Positions 9,017 through 18,128 of a DNA stretch of 32,000 nucleotides are shown here, in pieces. The notes under the pieces are model-generated. The model made no database searches. It worked only from the letters and a program-made list of their open reading frames with translations, and was not told the origin of the DNA. The translations under genes and the position numbers were made by a program. This DNA is from Candidatus Methanoperedens sp. (GTDB taxonomy: Archaea > Halobacteriota > Methanosarcinia > Methanosarcinales > Methanoperedenaceae), in the NCBI GenBank assembly GCA_027460535.1, contig JAPZAR010000022.1, positions 90,001 to 122,000 on the forward strand, read 5' to 3'. The number at the start of each line of letters is the position of its first letter. Position 1 is the first letter of the stretch.

Positions 9017-10882
9017 ATGAGTCTTTTGGATCAGTTCGCGAATCAGGCGGGGCTCTACGCTCTTCTTTCCATAATACCCCTTATAATAATATACCTCTTA
9101 AGACCAAGGCCAAGGAAATTAAAAATACCCTCTCTCATGTTCCTTTTTGACCTTGAAAAGAAAAAGAGGCTCAATATTTTCAGGAAATTCCTCAAAGACC
9201 CCCTGTTCCTCATCCAGCTGTTCGTGCTTATTCTAGTCTCGCTTGCGGTAGCTGTGCCGTTCATTATGGCAAACGAGCAAGCCGGGGGAGGTTCAACCGT
9301 GATTATACTCGATGCCTCGGGGAGCATGCAGGCTAAAACCGCTTCAGGCAATACAAAGTTTGAAAGCGCAGTTGATGAGGCGCAAAAATTCCTCTCGGCA
9401 AAGAACACCATAATCCTTGCTGAAAGCGTGCCTTTGATGGTGATGCAGGACGCACCTTCGAGCAGCGCATCGGATGCGCTTAAAAAATTGAAGGCAAAAG
9501 CCACGAGTACCGACCTGTCAAGTGCCATTCTTCTCGGGAGAAGGGTGCTTCCAGAAGGGGGCAGGATAGTAGTGCTCTCTGATTTTACGAGCTGGATTGG
9601 CGATGACCCTTCGGTTGCGAAGGCACTTGCGCAAGCCAATGGCATCAACGTCGATTTCGTGACAATAAGCGGAAGGACTGCCAACATAGGCATTGTGAAC
9701 GGCTGGTTTGAATCCGGTGGCGATTATACGATTGTAATTAAAAACTTCAATACGCAAGCACAGGATGTAAAAATTGATGTTACCACTGATAACCAGAACG
9801 TGCTTTCAAGTACGCTTAACCTGAAAGGGCAGTCAAGCCAGAACTTTGCAATAAGCAACCTGGCACCCGGAATAACGAAAATCTCACTCGGCGCAGACGA
9901 TGCCCTTCCTCTGGATGACAATGCCTATGTGATAAAACCAAACTCGGTAAAACATAATCTCCTTTACATAACCGATAATACAAAATCTCCTTCAGTCGTG
10001 GCTCTCGGTCTTACCACATTCACCACAGTTAAAAAAACAGATACCAAAAACATCCCTTCAATGCCGGATTATTCGATTGTATTTGTGAGTTCTCCTTTAC
10101 AATCAGATGCATTACAGAGCCTGTCCGATTATGTTAAGGGTGGGGGAAATGCAGTGATAATCGCCTCGCCGGGTTTAAAGGACACTGATCTATTGCCCGT
10201 GACACTTGGTTCCCTCTCGAACGGGACATCGCTGAATATCGTTCAGCCCACCATGATAACAGGTGGCATAGACATTGATAAAATAGACGTAAAGAAACAT
10301 TTCAAGGCAAGTCTAAAACGGGGCGCAATATCCCTTGTTGAAGGAGGGGATAACTCTGTAATGCTTGCCTACTGGAAATTCGGGAAGGGCATGGTGGTAT
10401 ATTCCGGGCTTGCAGACCCGATGGGTGATAATATCTATGACCCGCTTAATGAGAATATATGGAACGACTTCCATTCGCATGCGGATTACCCGCTGTTCTG
10501 GAAGCAGATGCTGGAATGGATAAGCGGAAGCCTGGATGTGAGCGAATACAACGCAAATACCGGACAGTTTATCAAACTCCCTGCCATGCAGACCGTAAAA
10601 ACCCCAACTGATAGTGTTACCACAGACCTTTTGCTGCTTGATGAAGTGGGGATTTATGGTCTGCCCGATAAGAATGTGGCAGTAAATCTTTACGATGAAA
10701 CAGAATCAAACCTCGCGCCAGCTGGTCTTACCCCTGCTGCGAACCCGACGAGCACAAATGCAATACCGTACAATGTCCAGGTTATCAGAAAGCCGCAATA
10801 CCTTGATGTTTATTTAATAATCGCAGGGATTTTCCTTGTTTTCCTTGAACTGTACTACCTGCGCTGGAGAGGTGAACTGTAA
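9017..10882 (+). CDS. BatA-like membrane protein with a vWA domain
   Basis: N-terminal TM pair followed by the MIDAS-type VIILDASGSM. A later region with GGNAVIIASPG resembles a GATase1-like/DUF1355 domain. C-terminal TM anchor IAGIFLVFLELYYLRWRG. Confidence 0.75.
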   Translation: MSLLDQFANQAGLYALLSIIPLIIIYLLRPRPRKLKIPSLMFLFDLEKKKRLNIFRKFLKDPLFLIQLFVLILVSLAVAVPFIMANEQAGGGSTVIILDASGSMQAKTASGNTKFESAVDEAQKFLSAKNTIILAESVPLMVMQDAPSSSASDALKKLKAKATSTDLSSAILLGRRVLPEGGRIVVLSDFTSWIGDDPSVAKALAQANGINVDFVTISGRTANIGIVNGWFESGGDYTIVIKNFNTQAQDVKIDVTTDNQNVLSSTLNLKGQSSQNFAISNLAPGITKISLGADDALPLDDNAYVIKPNSVKHNLLYITDNTKSPSVVALGLTTFTTVKKTDTKNIPSMPDYSIVFVSSPLQSDALQSLSDYVKGGGNAVIIASPGLKDTDLLPVTLGSLSNGTSLNIVQPTMITGGIDIDKIDVKKHFKASLKRGAISLVEGGDNSVMLAYWKFGKGMVVYSGLADPMGDNIYDPLNENIWNDFHSHADYPLFWKQMLEWISGSLDVSEYNANTGQFIKLPAMQTVKTPTDSVTTDLLLLDEVGIYGLPDKNVAVNLYDETESNLAPAGLTPAANPTSTNAIPYNVQVIRKPQYLDVYLIIAGIFLVFLELYYLRWRGEL

Positions 10883-13437
10883 TGGAGTTCCCCCAGCTTA
10901 CGAATCCCCTTATGCTCTTGCTCATAAGCCCGGTGGTTCTTGCAGGATGGTATGCCATCAGGAAAGGCATTCCGAGGCTGCTTATAATCTCGCGTATTAT
11001 AATCCTGAGCCTTCTCATAATCGCACTTGCCTCGCCTTTTACGCTGGGCATAAGCACGATAAGGGATGAGGCGCCCAGGATTACGCTTGTCTCAGACCAG
11101 ACTTTGAGCATGGATTTATTTAACAAGGATACGGGACAGAAGCTCTTCGAAGCCATAAAATCAAAAACCCCTACCACATACAAACAGTTTGCAGGGATTA
11201 AATCTCCTATAGGGGACGAGGTTATCCAAGATGCCGAGGGGAACAATAACATAGTGCTTGTGAGCGACGGGAACAATAACTACGGCAAAGACCTGTTCGA
11301 TGCAATCTCCTTTGTCTCGAAAACCGGGACAAAAGTTTTTGCTGTGAGGCAGACGCCCATACATAATGATGCGAGCGTTGAGATAGCAAGCGCCAAAAAT
11401 CTTATCATCGGGAATGAAAACACTTTTAATATCGTGGTGAGGCAGGCGGGAAATGAGACTACTTACAGGCTCGATGTCCAGATAGACGGGACGCCTGTGA
11501 AAAGCGATACAATCACACAATCAGAGCGCACCCAGGTCATTCCGGTTTCTTATACATTCAATTCACTTGGATCGCACAAGGTAACCGCCACCATAACGCC
11601 GAGCGGCGAGGACTGGAATCCGCTCAACAATGTTTTCTACAGGTCGGTGTTCGTGGTTCCTAAGCCGCAGGTGCTTGCAGTGACGGATGATAAAACTTCG
11701 CCGCTTTACACAGTCGCAAGCAGCCTGTACCAGGTCACAACCTCAGGCGATGTGCCCGACGACCTTTCAGCTTACAAGGCTGTGATTATAGACAACAAGG
11801 GCGCGGCGCAGTTGAGCGCGGATTCTCTGCGAAAATACGTCGGGAGCGGCGGAGGTCTGGTTGTGGTAGGCGGGGATGCCTCTTATGATAAGGGAAATTA
11901 CAATAATTCACCTGTTGAGGCAATGCTTCCAATAATATCGAGGGCTGCTGAGTACAAAGGTGGAAGGAACATTGTAATTATAATTGATTCGTCCTCAAGC
12001 ACAATAGAAGGTGGTTCAGCTACTACAATTTTTGGAAATGCTATAAATATTATTAATGATAAAAAATTAGTTGATGCTAATTTAGGAGTTGTAATATTTG
12101 GTAAGAGCGTAAAAACATTTGATATGAGACATTTGATTAATCAGCAGGATAAGCAAAATTTAATTGATGATATCAAAAAACAGGTGGAGAGTGGGCTTAA
12201 TATTGGAGATGAAACTGCTTTAGACACCGCGCTATTTGCTGCAAGAGATATGCTCTCTAAATTTCCTGGTCAAAATCAGATAATATTACTTTCTGATGGA
12301 GGATTACAAGAACAAGGTAGATTCGCCCAAATTCTAGATGCTGCTAAAGAAGTACATACTAGTGGTATTACAATTATAGCAGTTCATGTTGTAGGCACAC
12401 CAGCATCTTGGCAATACAACATTAATAATGTAAAATATAGTAATGTAGCGTATGATGGTTTAGCGTTTATGGAAATCTTAGCAAAAGAAACTGGTGGGGA
12501 TTATTATCCTATTGAAGTTCAACAAAAGGTGAATATTAATTATGAAGAACAGCCAAGTATCACTCCTACTCCTACAACTACCCCTGAAATCAGCCATCAA
12601 TATCCTCTTGTTGCTATAGATACCAACCATTTCATCACGAAATACATCAACCTAACCGCCTCTGTGACAGGATACAACGATGTAACGCCAAAACTTGGTT
12701 CAGATGGGCTTGTTGCAACAATACAAGGAAAACCTATCCTCACCACATGGGGCTTCGGTCTCGGAAGGGTTGCATCGTTCACAACCGATAATGGCAATCC
12801 ATCCGATAGCGACCCGTCCAGACCCTGGGCTTCGCAGGTTTACAGCGGCGAGAACTCGCGCCTCATCTCGGCGATGATTAACTGGGCAATAGGCGACCCG
12901 CGGCCTAAGGAGGGCGTGGTGATACAGGCTGAGGATATCTGGGGCGGCACGTCTGGAAAAATTGTAGTTACCTCGAAAACCCCGCCTATCGTGAAACTTG
13001 ATGGGAAAACAGATATTAATCTGGCTTCTACCGGACCTTCTACATTCGAGTATTCCTTAAATTTTGATAGAGATGAAGATAGGGGATTTCACGACCTTTC
13101 AGGATACGGGATAGCTGTGAACTACCCGCTTGAGTACAGGGATGTTGGATTTAATGACCAGCTCACCTCAGTTATCAATGCAAACGGCGGGCGCGTTTAT
13201 GATGAGAGTGAAGTGGAAGGTCTGCTGCTCCTTGATATAAAGGAAAAGGCAGTAAGGACTGTGCAGGAACCGATGAGCCAGAAAGAACCTTTCCTGCTTG
13301 CAGCTCTTGTATTGTTCCTGGGAGAAGTGATAGTCAGGAGGCTTAAGGATTACAGGAAGGAAAGACCCGTGATTCAAGATAATCCTCCTCGAGCCGTTGC
13401 TCCGGCGGAACAGGTGATTCAACAGGCGCCTGAATAA
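10882..13437 (+). CDS. Large BatA-like membrane protein with a nested vWA domain
   Basis: The start overlaps the previous stop (TAATG). It has an N-terminal TM pair and a GGGLVVVGGDASY region. A vWA domain follows (IVIIIDSSSS...ILLSDGG...GITIIAVHV), then a PT-rich linker. The C-terminal anchor is LAALVLFLGEVIVRRL. Architecture is paralogous to the preceding gene. Confidence 0.75.
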   Translation: MEFPQLTNPLMLLLISPVVLAGWYAIRKGIPRLLIISRIIILSLLIIALASPFTLGISTIRDEAPRITLVSDQTLSMDLFNKDTGQKLFEAIKSKTPTTYKQFAGIKSPIGDEVIQDAEGNNNIVLVSDGNNNYGKDLFDAISFVSKTGTKVFAVRQTPIHNDASVEIASAKNLIIGNENTFNIVVRQAGNETTYRLDVQIDGTPVKSDTITQSERTQVIPVSYTFNSLGSHKVTATITPSGEDWNPLNNVFYRSVFVVPKPQVLAVTDDKTSPLYTVASSLYQVTTSGDVPDDLSAYKAVIIDNKGAAQLSADSLRKYVGSGGGLVVVGGDASYDKGNYNNSPVEAMLPIISRAAEYKGGRNIVIIIDSSSSTIEGGSATTIFGNAINIINDKKLVDANLGVVIFGKSVKTFDMRHLINQQDKQNLIDDIKKQVESGLNIGDETALDTALFAARDMLSKFPGQNQIILLSDGGLQEQGRFAQILDAAKEVHTSGITIIAVHVVGTPASWQYNINNVKYSNVAYDGLAFMEILAKETGGDYYPIEVQQKVNINYEEQPSITPTPTTTPEISHQYPLVAIDTNHFITKYINLTASVTGYNDVTPKLGSDGLVATIQGKPILTTWGFGLGRVASFTTDNGNPSDSDPSRPWASQVYSGENSRLISAMINWAIGDPRPKEGVVIQAEDIWGGTSGKIVVTSKTPPIVKLDGKTDINLASTGPSTFEYSLNFDRDEDRGFHDLSGYGIAVNYPLEYRDVGFNDQLTSVINANGGRVYDESEVEGLLLLDIKEKAVRTVQEPMSQKEPFLLAALVLFLGEVIVRRLKDYRKERPVIQDNPPRAVAPAEQVIQQAPE

Positions 13438-13674
13438 ACTTGGCGGGACCACAATGATATGTTAATAAATTTATGCTGGGACTCTATCCCCATTCTGCAA
13501 AATCTGACTGATTTTTTGCCTGACATGCTTCTGATGCATTGTTATAACTGTAACTCTAAGGTTCAGATCTATCTTTTCTCCAGTCTTAAAATGCAAAAAA
13601 TATGGAAGGGTGAAAGCCTGATGTTGGCAAATTCCCCTTCCTTATCTCAATGCCTGTTTAAATGACTCCCATGG

Positions 13675-13830
13675 TCATTTGTATTGTGCACCTTTCGGTT
13701 GCTCTGCCTTGCGGGCTCGCAGTTTTGCATAGAACTCACTCTGCCGCTCTCTTTCAGCCGAATCAACCTCCGGCTTCTTGACTTTCTTGGCAGTTTCAGC
13801 CTGTTCCATTGAACTCTCTAAACCGACCAT
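13675..13830 (-). CDS. Hypothetical 51-aa charged protein (below the ORF-track cutoff)
   Basis: Hand translation: MVGLESSMEQAETAKKVKKPEVDSAERERQSEFYAKLRARKAEQPKGAQYK*. Strong SD GGAGGTGA lies 5 nt upstream of the ATG. Confidence 0.35.
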   Translation of the reverse strand: MVGLESSMEQAETAKKVKKPEVDSAERERQSEFYAKLRARKAEQPKGAQYK

Positions 13831-14054
13831 TTTTCTCACCTCCCAAGTTGTTTGATATTTACTACACGTTAAATCTTTCTGTGATTCAGTATCTCCGAAG
13901 AAAAATGATCATATCGAATTTTCCCTAAGGATATGCGTTTTCAGATCAATGGAGATTTGGGCGTACTACCGGGAGACGTTCCTGATGTTCCCCATACTCT
14001 TATTAGGTAAGCAAAGATGTCCTATCTGGTCGATTAAAGCAGAAGCTCAGGAAA

Positions 14055-14080
14055 TTAAAAATAAGAAAAAAAGAAAAAAG
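14055..14080 (-). terminator. Oligo-T tract downstream of rps10 (candidate archaeal terminator)
   Basis: The minus strand reads cttttttctttttttcttattttt immediately after the rps10 TAA (14085-14087). Confidence 0.5.
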
Positions 14081-14084
14081 ATAT

Positions 14085-14396
14085 TTAACTCGTCAGAACT
14101 ATCTCAATACTGATATCCTTGGGTACCTGAATGCGCATCAACTGGCGCAATGCCCTTTCATCAGCATCGAGGTCGATTAGCCGTTTGTGCACGCGCATCT
14201 CCCAGTGGTCCCAGGTCGCGCTTCCCTCGCCATCCGGGCTTTTCCTGCACGGAACCACCAGTTTCTTCGTAGGCAGCGGTACCGGGCCTGAGATGCTCAC
14301 GCCTGTTTTCACTGCGATATCCTTTACCTGGGAACATATCCCATCAAGTGTTGAGGGACTTGTCCCTGATAAACGTATCCTTGCTTTCTGTGCCAT
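14085..14396 (-). CDS. rps10: 30S ribosomal protein S10 (uS10)
   Basis: 103 aa: [18 protein letters not shown]...[10 protein letters not shown]...[12 protein letters not shown]. Canonical uS10 sequence in the conserved position after EF-1alpha. Confidence 0.95.
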   Translation of the reverse strand: MAQKARIRLSGTSPSTLDGICSQVKDIAVKTGVSISGPVPLPTKKLVVPCRKSPDGEGSATWDHWEMRVHKRLIDLDADERALRQLMRIQVPKDISIEIVLTS

Positions 14397-14428
14397 AATT
14401 CCTCGTTTTAAAATTGAAAAAAGGCGAT

Positions 14429-15697
14429 TTAGATTCGCAGTTTGATTTCCTGGACCATGCCTGCCGCGATGGTCATTCCCATATCACGTATTGCGAACCT
14501 GCCAAGCTGTGGGATATCTTTGACTTTTTCAATGCACATTGGCTTGGTCGGTTTGATGACAACGATAGCCGCATCTCCCGCCTTAATGAAATCCGGGTTC
14601 TCAGCAGCGGTCTGACCGGTCTTGGGGTCAAGTTTCTTGAGAATGGCAGTGATCGTGCCTGCAACCTGCGCAGTGTGGCAGTGCAGTACAGGTGTGTATC
14701 CAACGGTGACCGCTGATGGGTGCTGCAGGACCACTATCTGAGCTGTGAACTCTTCTGCTACTGCGGGTGGCTTGTCGGGATGTCCGCAAACGTCGCCGCG
14801 CCTGATATCTTTTTTCTCAACGCCCCTGACATTCCATCCGATATTATCGCCTGGAAGCGCCTCTTTGATCTCCTGGTGATGCATTTCGATGGATTTGACC
14901 TCGCCGACTGCCCTTGAAGGCATGAATATTACTTTATCCCCTGGCTTCATCCGTCCGGTTTCGACCCTGCCTACTGGCACCGTGCCGATACCCGAAATAG
15001 TATAGGAGTCTTGGACGGGAATGCGAAGTGGTAAAGTTGTGGGTTTCTCAGGCTCTTTCAGCATATCAAGTGCTGCCAATAATGTTGGCCCTGTGTACCA
15101 TTTGGTGTTCTCGCTCGGTTTTGCGAGGTTATCTCCTTTGAACGCCGATGTTGGGATAAAGTGCATATCATCCGGCTTATAGCCAACCATCTTGAGAAGG
15201 GTACTGAGTTCTGCTTTTACTGCATCATATCTTGCTTTATCATAGTTGACTTCATCCATCTTATTGACTGAAATTATCAACTGGTTGATACCGAGTGTCC
15301 TCGCAAGAAATACGTGTTCTTTTGTTTGCGACTGTACTCCTTCCTTGGCTGCGCATACAAGAATAGCCGCATCTGCCTGAGAAGCGCCTGTGATCATGTT
15401 CTTGACGAAGTCCCTGTGACCGGGGCAATCCACGATCGTAAAATAGTATTTTGCGGTATCGAATCTCTGATGTGCTACATCGATGGTGATACCCCTGTCC
15501 CTCTCCTCTTTTAGCGAGTCCATGACCCATGCAAAAACGAATGATTCTTTGCCTTTCGCCTTTGCCTCTTCCCTATACTTTTCAATGATGTGCGGTGGTA
15601 CAGCACCAGTCTCAAACAATAACCGCCCTACGAGAGTTGATTTCCCGTGGTCGATATGCCCGATAACTGCTAAATTTAAATGTGGTTTCTCTGCCAT
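14429..15697 (-). CDS. tuf: Translation elongation factor EF-1 alpha
   Basis: GTPase motifs [17 protein letters not shown] and NKMD; 422 aa. SD AGGAGA lies upstream. Confidence 0.97.
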   Translation of the reverse strand: MAEKPHLNLAVIGHIDHGKSTLVGRLLFETGAVPPHIIEKYREEAKAKGKESFVFAWVMDSLKEERDRGITIDVAHQRFDTAKYYFTIVDCPGHRDFVKNMITGASQADAAILVCAAKEGVQSQTKEHVFLARTLGINQLIISVNKMDEVNYDKARYDAVKAELSTLLKMVGYKPDDMHFIPTSAFKGDNLAKPSENTKWYTGPTLLAALDMLKEPEKPTTLPLRIPVQDSYTISGIGTVPVGRVETGRMKPGDKVIFMPSRAVGEVKSIEMHHQEIKEALPGDNIGWNVRGVEKKDIRRGDVCGHPDKPPAVAEEFTAQIVVLQHPSAVTVGYTPVLHCHTAQVAGTITAILKKLDPKTGQTAAENPDFIKAGDAAIVVIKPTKPMCIEKVKDIPQLGRFAIRDMGMTIAAGMVQEIKLRI

Positions 15698-15767
15698 AAT
15701 ATTTCTCCTACAATTTTATTGTGATTTTTCCCCTAATGTTGTTTTTGTTTTTAAACCTTCCGTTAAC

Positions 15768-15793
15768 AGACCCCATATTTAAATATGGGGTCT
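15768..15793. promoter_or_regulatory. Perfect 26-nt palindrome with a TTTAAATA centre in the fusA-tuf spacer
   Basis: AGACCCCATATTTAAATATGGGGTCT, with 13-nt arms and no loop. It sits 17 nt after the fusA stop and about 70 nt before the tuf ATG. Confidence 0.4.
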
Positions 15794-15809
15794 CCGGGGT
15801 CTTATCTTT

Positions 15810-17999
15810 TCAGGGACTTATGAAATCACTGGGTTTCGGCAATTCAAGTTTAAGTCCTTTTCTCTTCCTGATATCCATCACGATATCATTCAGCATGTTC
15901 CCAGGTATTGGTTCAAATCCCTCGAACTCCGTGCTCCACATTGCCCTGCCCTCGGTAGCGGAGCGTATGTCTCCGGAGAAACCGAAGAGCTGGGCAACCG
16001 GTGCCTTGGCCTCTATGATGGCCGTGTCACCTTCAGATTTCATATCGAGTATAACGCCGCGTCTTCCCTGCATTTCACGCATTGCGCCGCCCATCTGGTC
16101 CTGCGGCACATGGATGAACACTTTCTGGAACGGTTCAAGTAATGTTGCACCAGCCATGAGCATCGCAGCCTGGATAGCCTGCCTTGCAGCCGGTATCACC
16201 TGAGCTGGTCCCCTGTGGATTGAGTCTTCGTGGAGCTTGGCATCCATTAATTTTACTTTGACCCCCATTACAGGTTCCCTCGACAGCGGTCCTGCCTTCA
16301 TGACCTCTTCATAGCCCTCGAGTATAAGCTCCATGGTTTCGTTCAGGTACTGGATACCTTTTGTCATATCAATGAAGATATTGGACTCATAGATATGATA
16401 GATTCCCTTCGCTTCATCTTTGCTCATGCCCGCCTTCATGAGAATATCCCTTCGCTCTACTTCCTGCTGCCTCATCGAAACTTCATTGTTCTTTATAAGT
16501 TGTATTATCGCAGGCGCCAAAGGTTCGACCTCGATGTAGAACCTGTTATGGCGATTGGGGGACTTCCCTTCAACGGGACCGGCATGGGTAGCGACGGTTT
16601 CCCTGTAAACCACAAGGGGCTTTGAGGTAGTGATCTCAACGTGTTTATCACGCTGTATCCTGTGGGCTACGACCTCCAGATGCAGTTCACCCATTCCCGC
16701 GAGAAGGTGTTCCCCTGTTTCCTGGTTGATCATGACTTTGAGCGTGGGGTCTTCCTTTGCCACCTGTCTCAAAACTTCAACGAGCTTGGGAAGGTCTTTC
16801 ATATGTTTTGCTTCCACGGCCACAGTCATCACAGGCTCACTGACATGCCTGATACTCTCAAAAGGTGTCATGGCCTTTTCCGTGGATGCCGTTGAGCCAA
16901 CTATGGCGTCACTCAATCCAGTAACAGCCACGATATTGCCGGCAGGGATCCTCTCGACTTCGATGCGCTCCGGACCCATGAAAATCCCTACGGACTGGAT
17001 CCTGTTAGGGTTTGGCATTCCTGAAATGAATATCTCCTTTCCCCTTTCAAGCGTTCCTGAGAAGAGCCTGCCGCTTGCCACTTCGCCTGCGTGCGGGTCG
17101 GTGGTTATATCGGTAACCATGAGAGCCACTTTGCCGTTTCGGTCCACGTTTATCATCGATTTTCCGATCTCGCTTTCCTTATCGCCATGCCAGATGACCT
17201 TTATTCTTTCTTTCTGTGCATCCACAGGACTTGGCAGGAATCGTATGATCATATCATTCATGACTACATGAAGAGGACATTTTATGGCAAGTTCATTTTG
17301 CTTCTCTGCATGGCAGAAATCGATTATTTCCTTAAATGTTATGCCAGTCTTTTTCATATAAGGAATGCTGATAGCCCAGTTGTTGAGCGCCGAACCGAAA
17401 GCTACTTTCCCAACGGTAGGATCCAGTCTTAGATCATCATATTGATCCGGTTTCAGGCCTTTTATTATCTTATTGACTTTATCGATTACCAATCCGAGGC
17501 GCATCTGCATATCCGCCGGCGTCAGCTTTAATTCCATTATAAGGCGGTCAACCTTGTTAATGAAAAGGATAGGTCTTACGTTCTCGCGTAACGCCTGGCG
17601 CAATACGGTCTCGGTCTGGGGCATCGGCCCTTCCACCGCATCGACCAGTACTATCGCTCCGTCCACGGCCCTCATGGCCCGTGTAACATCGCCGCCGAAA
17701 TCAACGTGGCCCGGTGTATCGATCAGGTTGATGAGGTACTCTTTTCCCTCATATTCGTGCACCATTGAAACCGTGGCTGCATCGATGGTGATCCCGCGTT
17801 TCTGTTCTTCCTCATCAAAGTCCATGAATAACTGCTCGCCAGCAAGTTCTTTTGATATCATTCCAGCGCCAGCGAGTAGATTATCGGAGAATGTGGTTTT
17901 TCCATGGTCGATATGTGCAACAGTGCCGATGTTTCGGATGAACTCGGGTTGGTCCATCAGTACTGTCACACGTTCAACCATTTTTTTTCGTCTGCCCAT
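15810..17999 (-). CDS. fusA: Translation elongation factor EF-2
   Basis: G-domain motifs [17 protein letters not shown] and NKVDR. Diphthamide-region sequence DSIHRGPAQ. 729 aa. Confidence 0.97.
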   Translation of the reverse strand: MGRRKKMVERVTVLMDQPEFIRNIGTVAHIDHGKTTFSDNLLAGAGMISKELAGEQLFMDFDEEEQKRGITIDAATVSMVHEYEGKEYLINLIDTPGHVDFGGDVTRAMRAVDGAIVLVDAVEGPMPQTETVLRQALRENVRPILFINKVDRLIMELKLTPADMQMRLGLVIDKVNKIIKGLKPDQYDDLRLDPTVGKVAFGSALNNWAISIPYMKKTGITFKEIIDFCHAEKQNELAIKCPLHVVMNDMIIRFLPSPVDAQKERIKVIWHGDKESEIGKSMINVDRNGKVALMVTDITTDPHAGEVASGRLFSGTLERGKEIFISGMPNPNRIQSVGIFMGPERIEVERIPAGNIVAVTGLSDAIVGSTASTEKAMTPFESIRHVSEPVMTVAVEAKHMKDLPKLVEVLRQVAKEDPTLKVMINQETGEHLLAGMGELHLEVVAHRIQRDKHVEITTSKPLVVYRETVATHAGPVEGKSPNRHNRFYIEVEPLAPAIIQLIKNNEVSMRQQEVERRDILMKAGMSKDEAKGIYHIYESNIFIDMTKGIQYLNETMELILEGYEEVMKAGPLSREPVMGVKVKLMDAKLHEDSIHRGPAQVIPAARQAIQAAMLMAGATLLEPFQKVFIHVPQDQMGGAMREMQGRRGVILDMKSEGDTAIIEAKAPVAQLFGFSGDIRSATEGRAMWSTEFEGFEPIPGNMLNDIVMDIRKRKGLKLELPKPSDFISP

Positions 18000-18050
18000 T
18001 ATAGATTACCTCTTTTATTGGAAATTTTTGGTTCTCTATTATTCTATCCT

Positions 18051-18058
18051 ATATAAAC
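18051..18058 (-). promoter_or_regulatory. Candidate TATA box for fusA-tuf-rps10
   Basis: The minus strand reads TTTATATA about 52 nt upstream of the fusA ATG. SD-like AGAGGT lies between them. Confidence 0.35.
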
Positions 18059-18128
18059 ACTTTGAAAATCGGGATAAAGGACGGGATTATGAGACCAGAT
18101 TCTTTTAATTCAATCCCACCGTATGAGT

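Noticed and set aside
13454-13507. Possible C/D-box sRNA after the vWA operon: ATGATAT ... CTGA followed by T6
   Set aside because: The C box is degenerate at the G-A positions and no C'/D' boxes are recognisable. The CTGA plus T-run is more simply the operon terminator region.
13459-13665. 68-aa plus-strand ORF in the vWA/rps10 spacer
   Set aside because: No SD, a Cys/Leu-rich odd composition, and it lies in a terminator-like AT-rich region. The opposite-strand 51-aa ORF nearby has much better translation signals.
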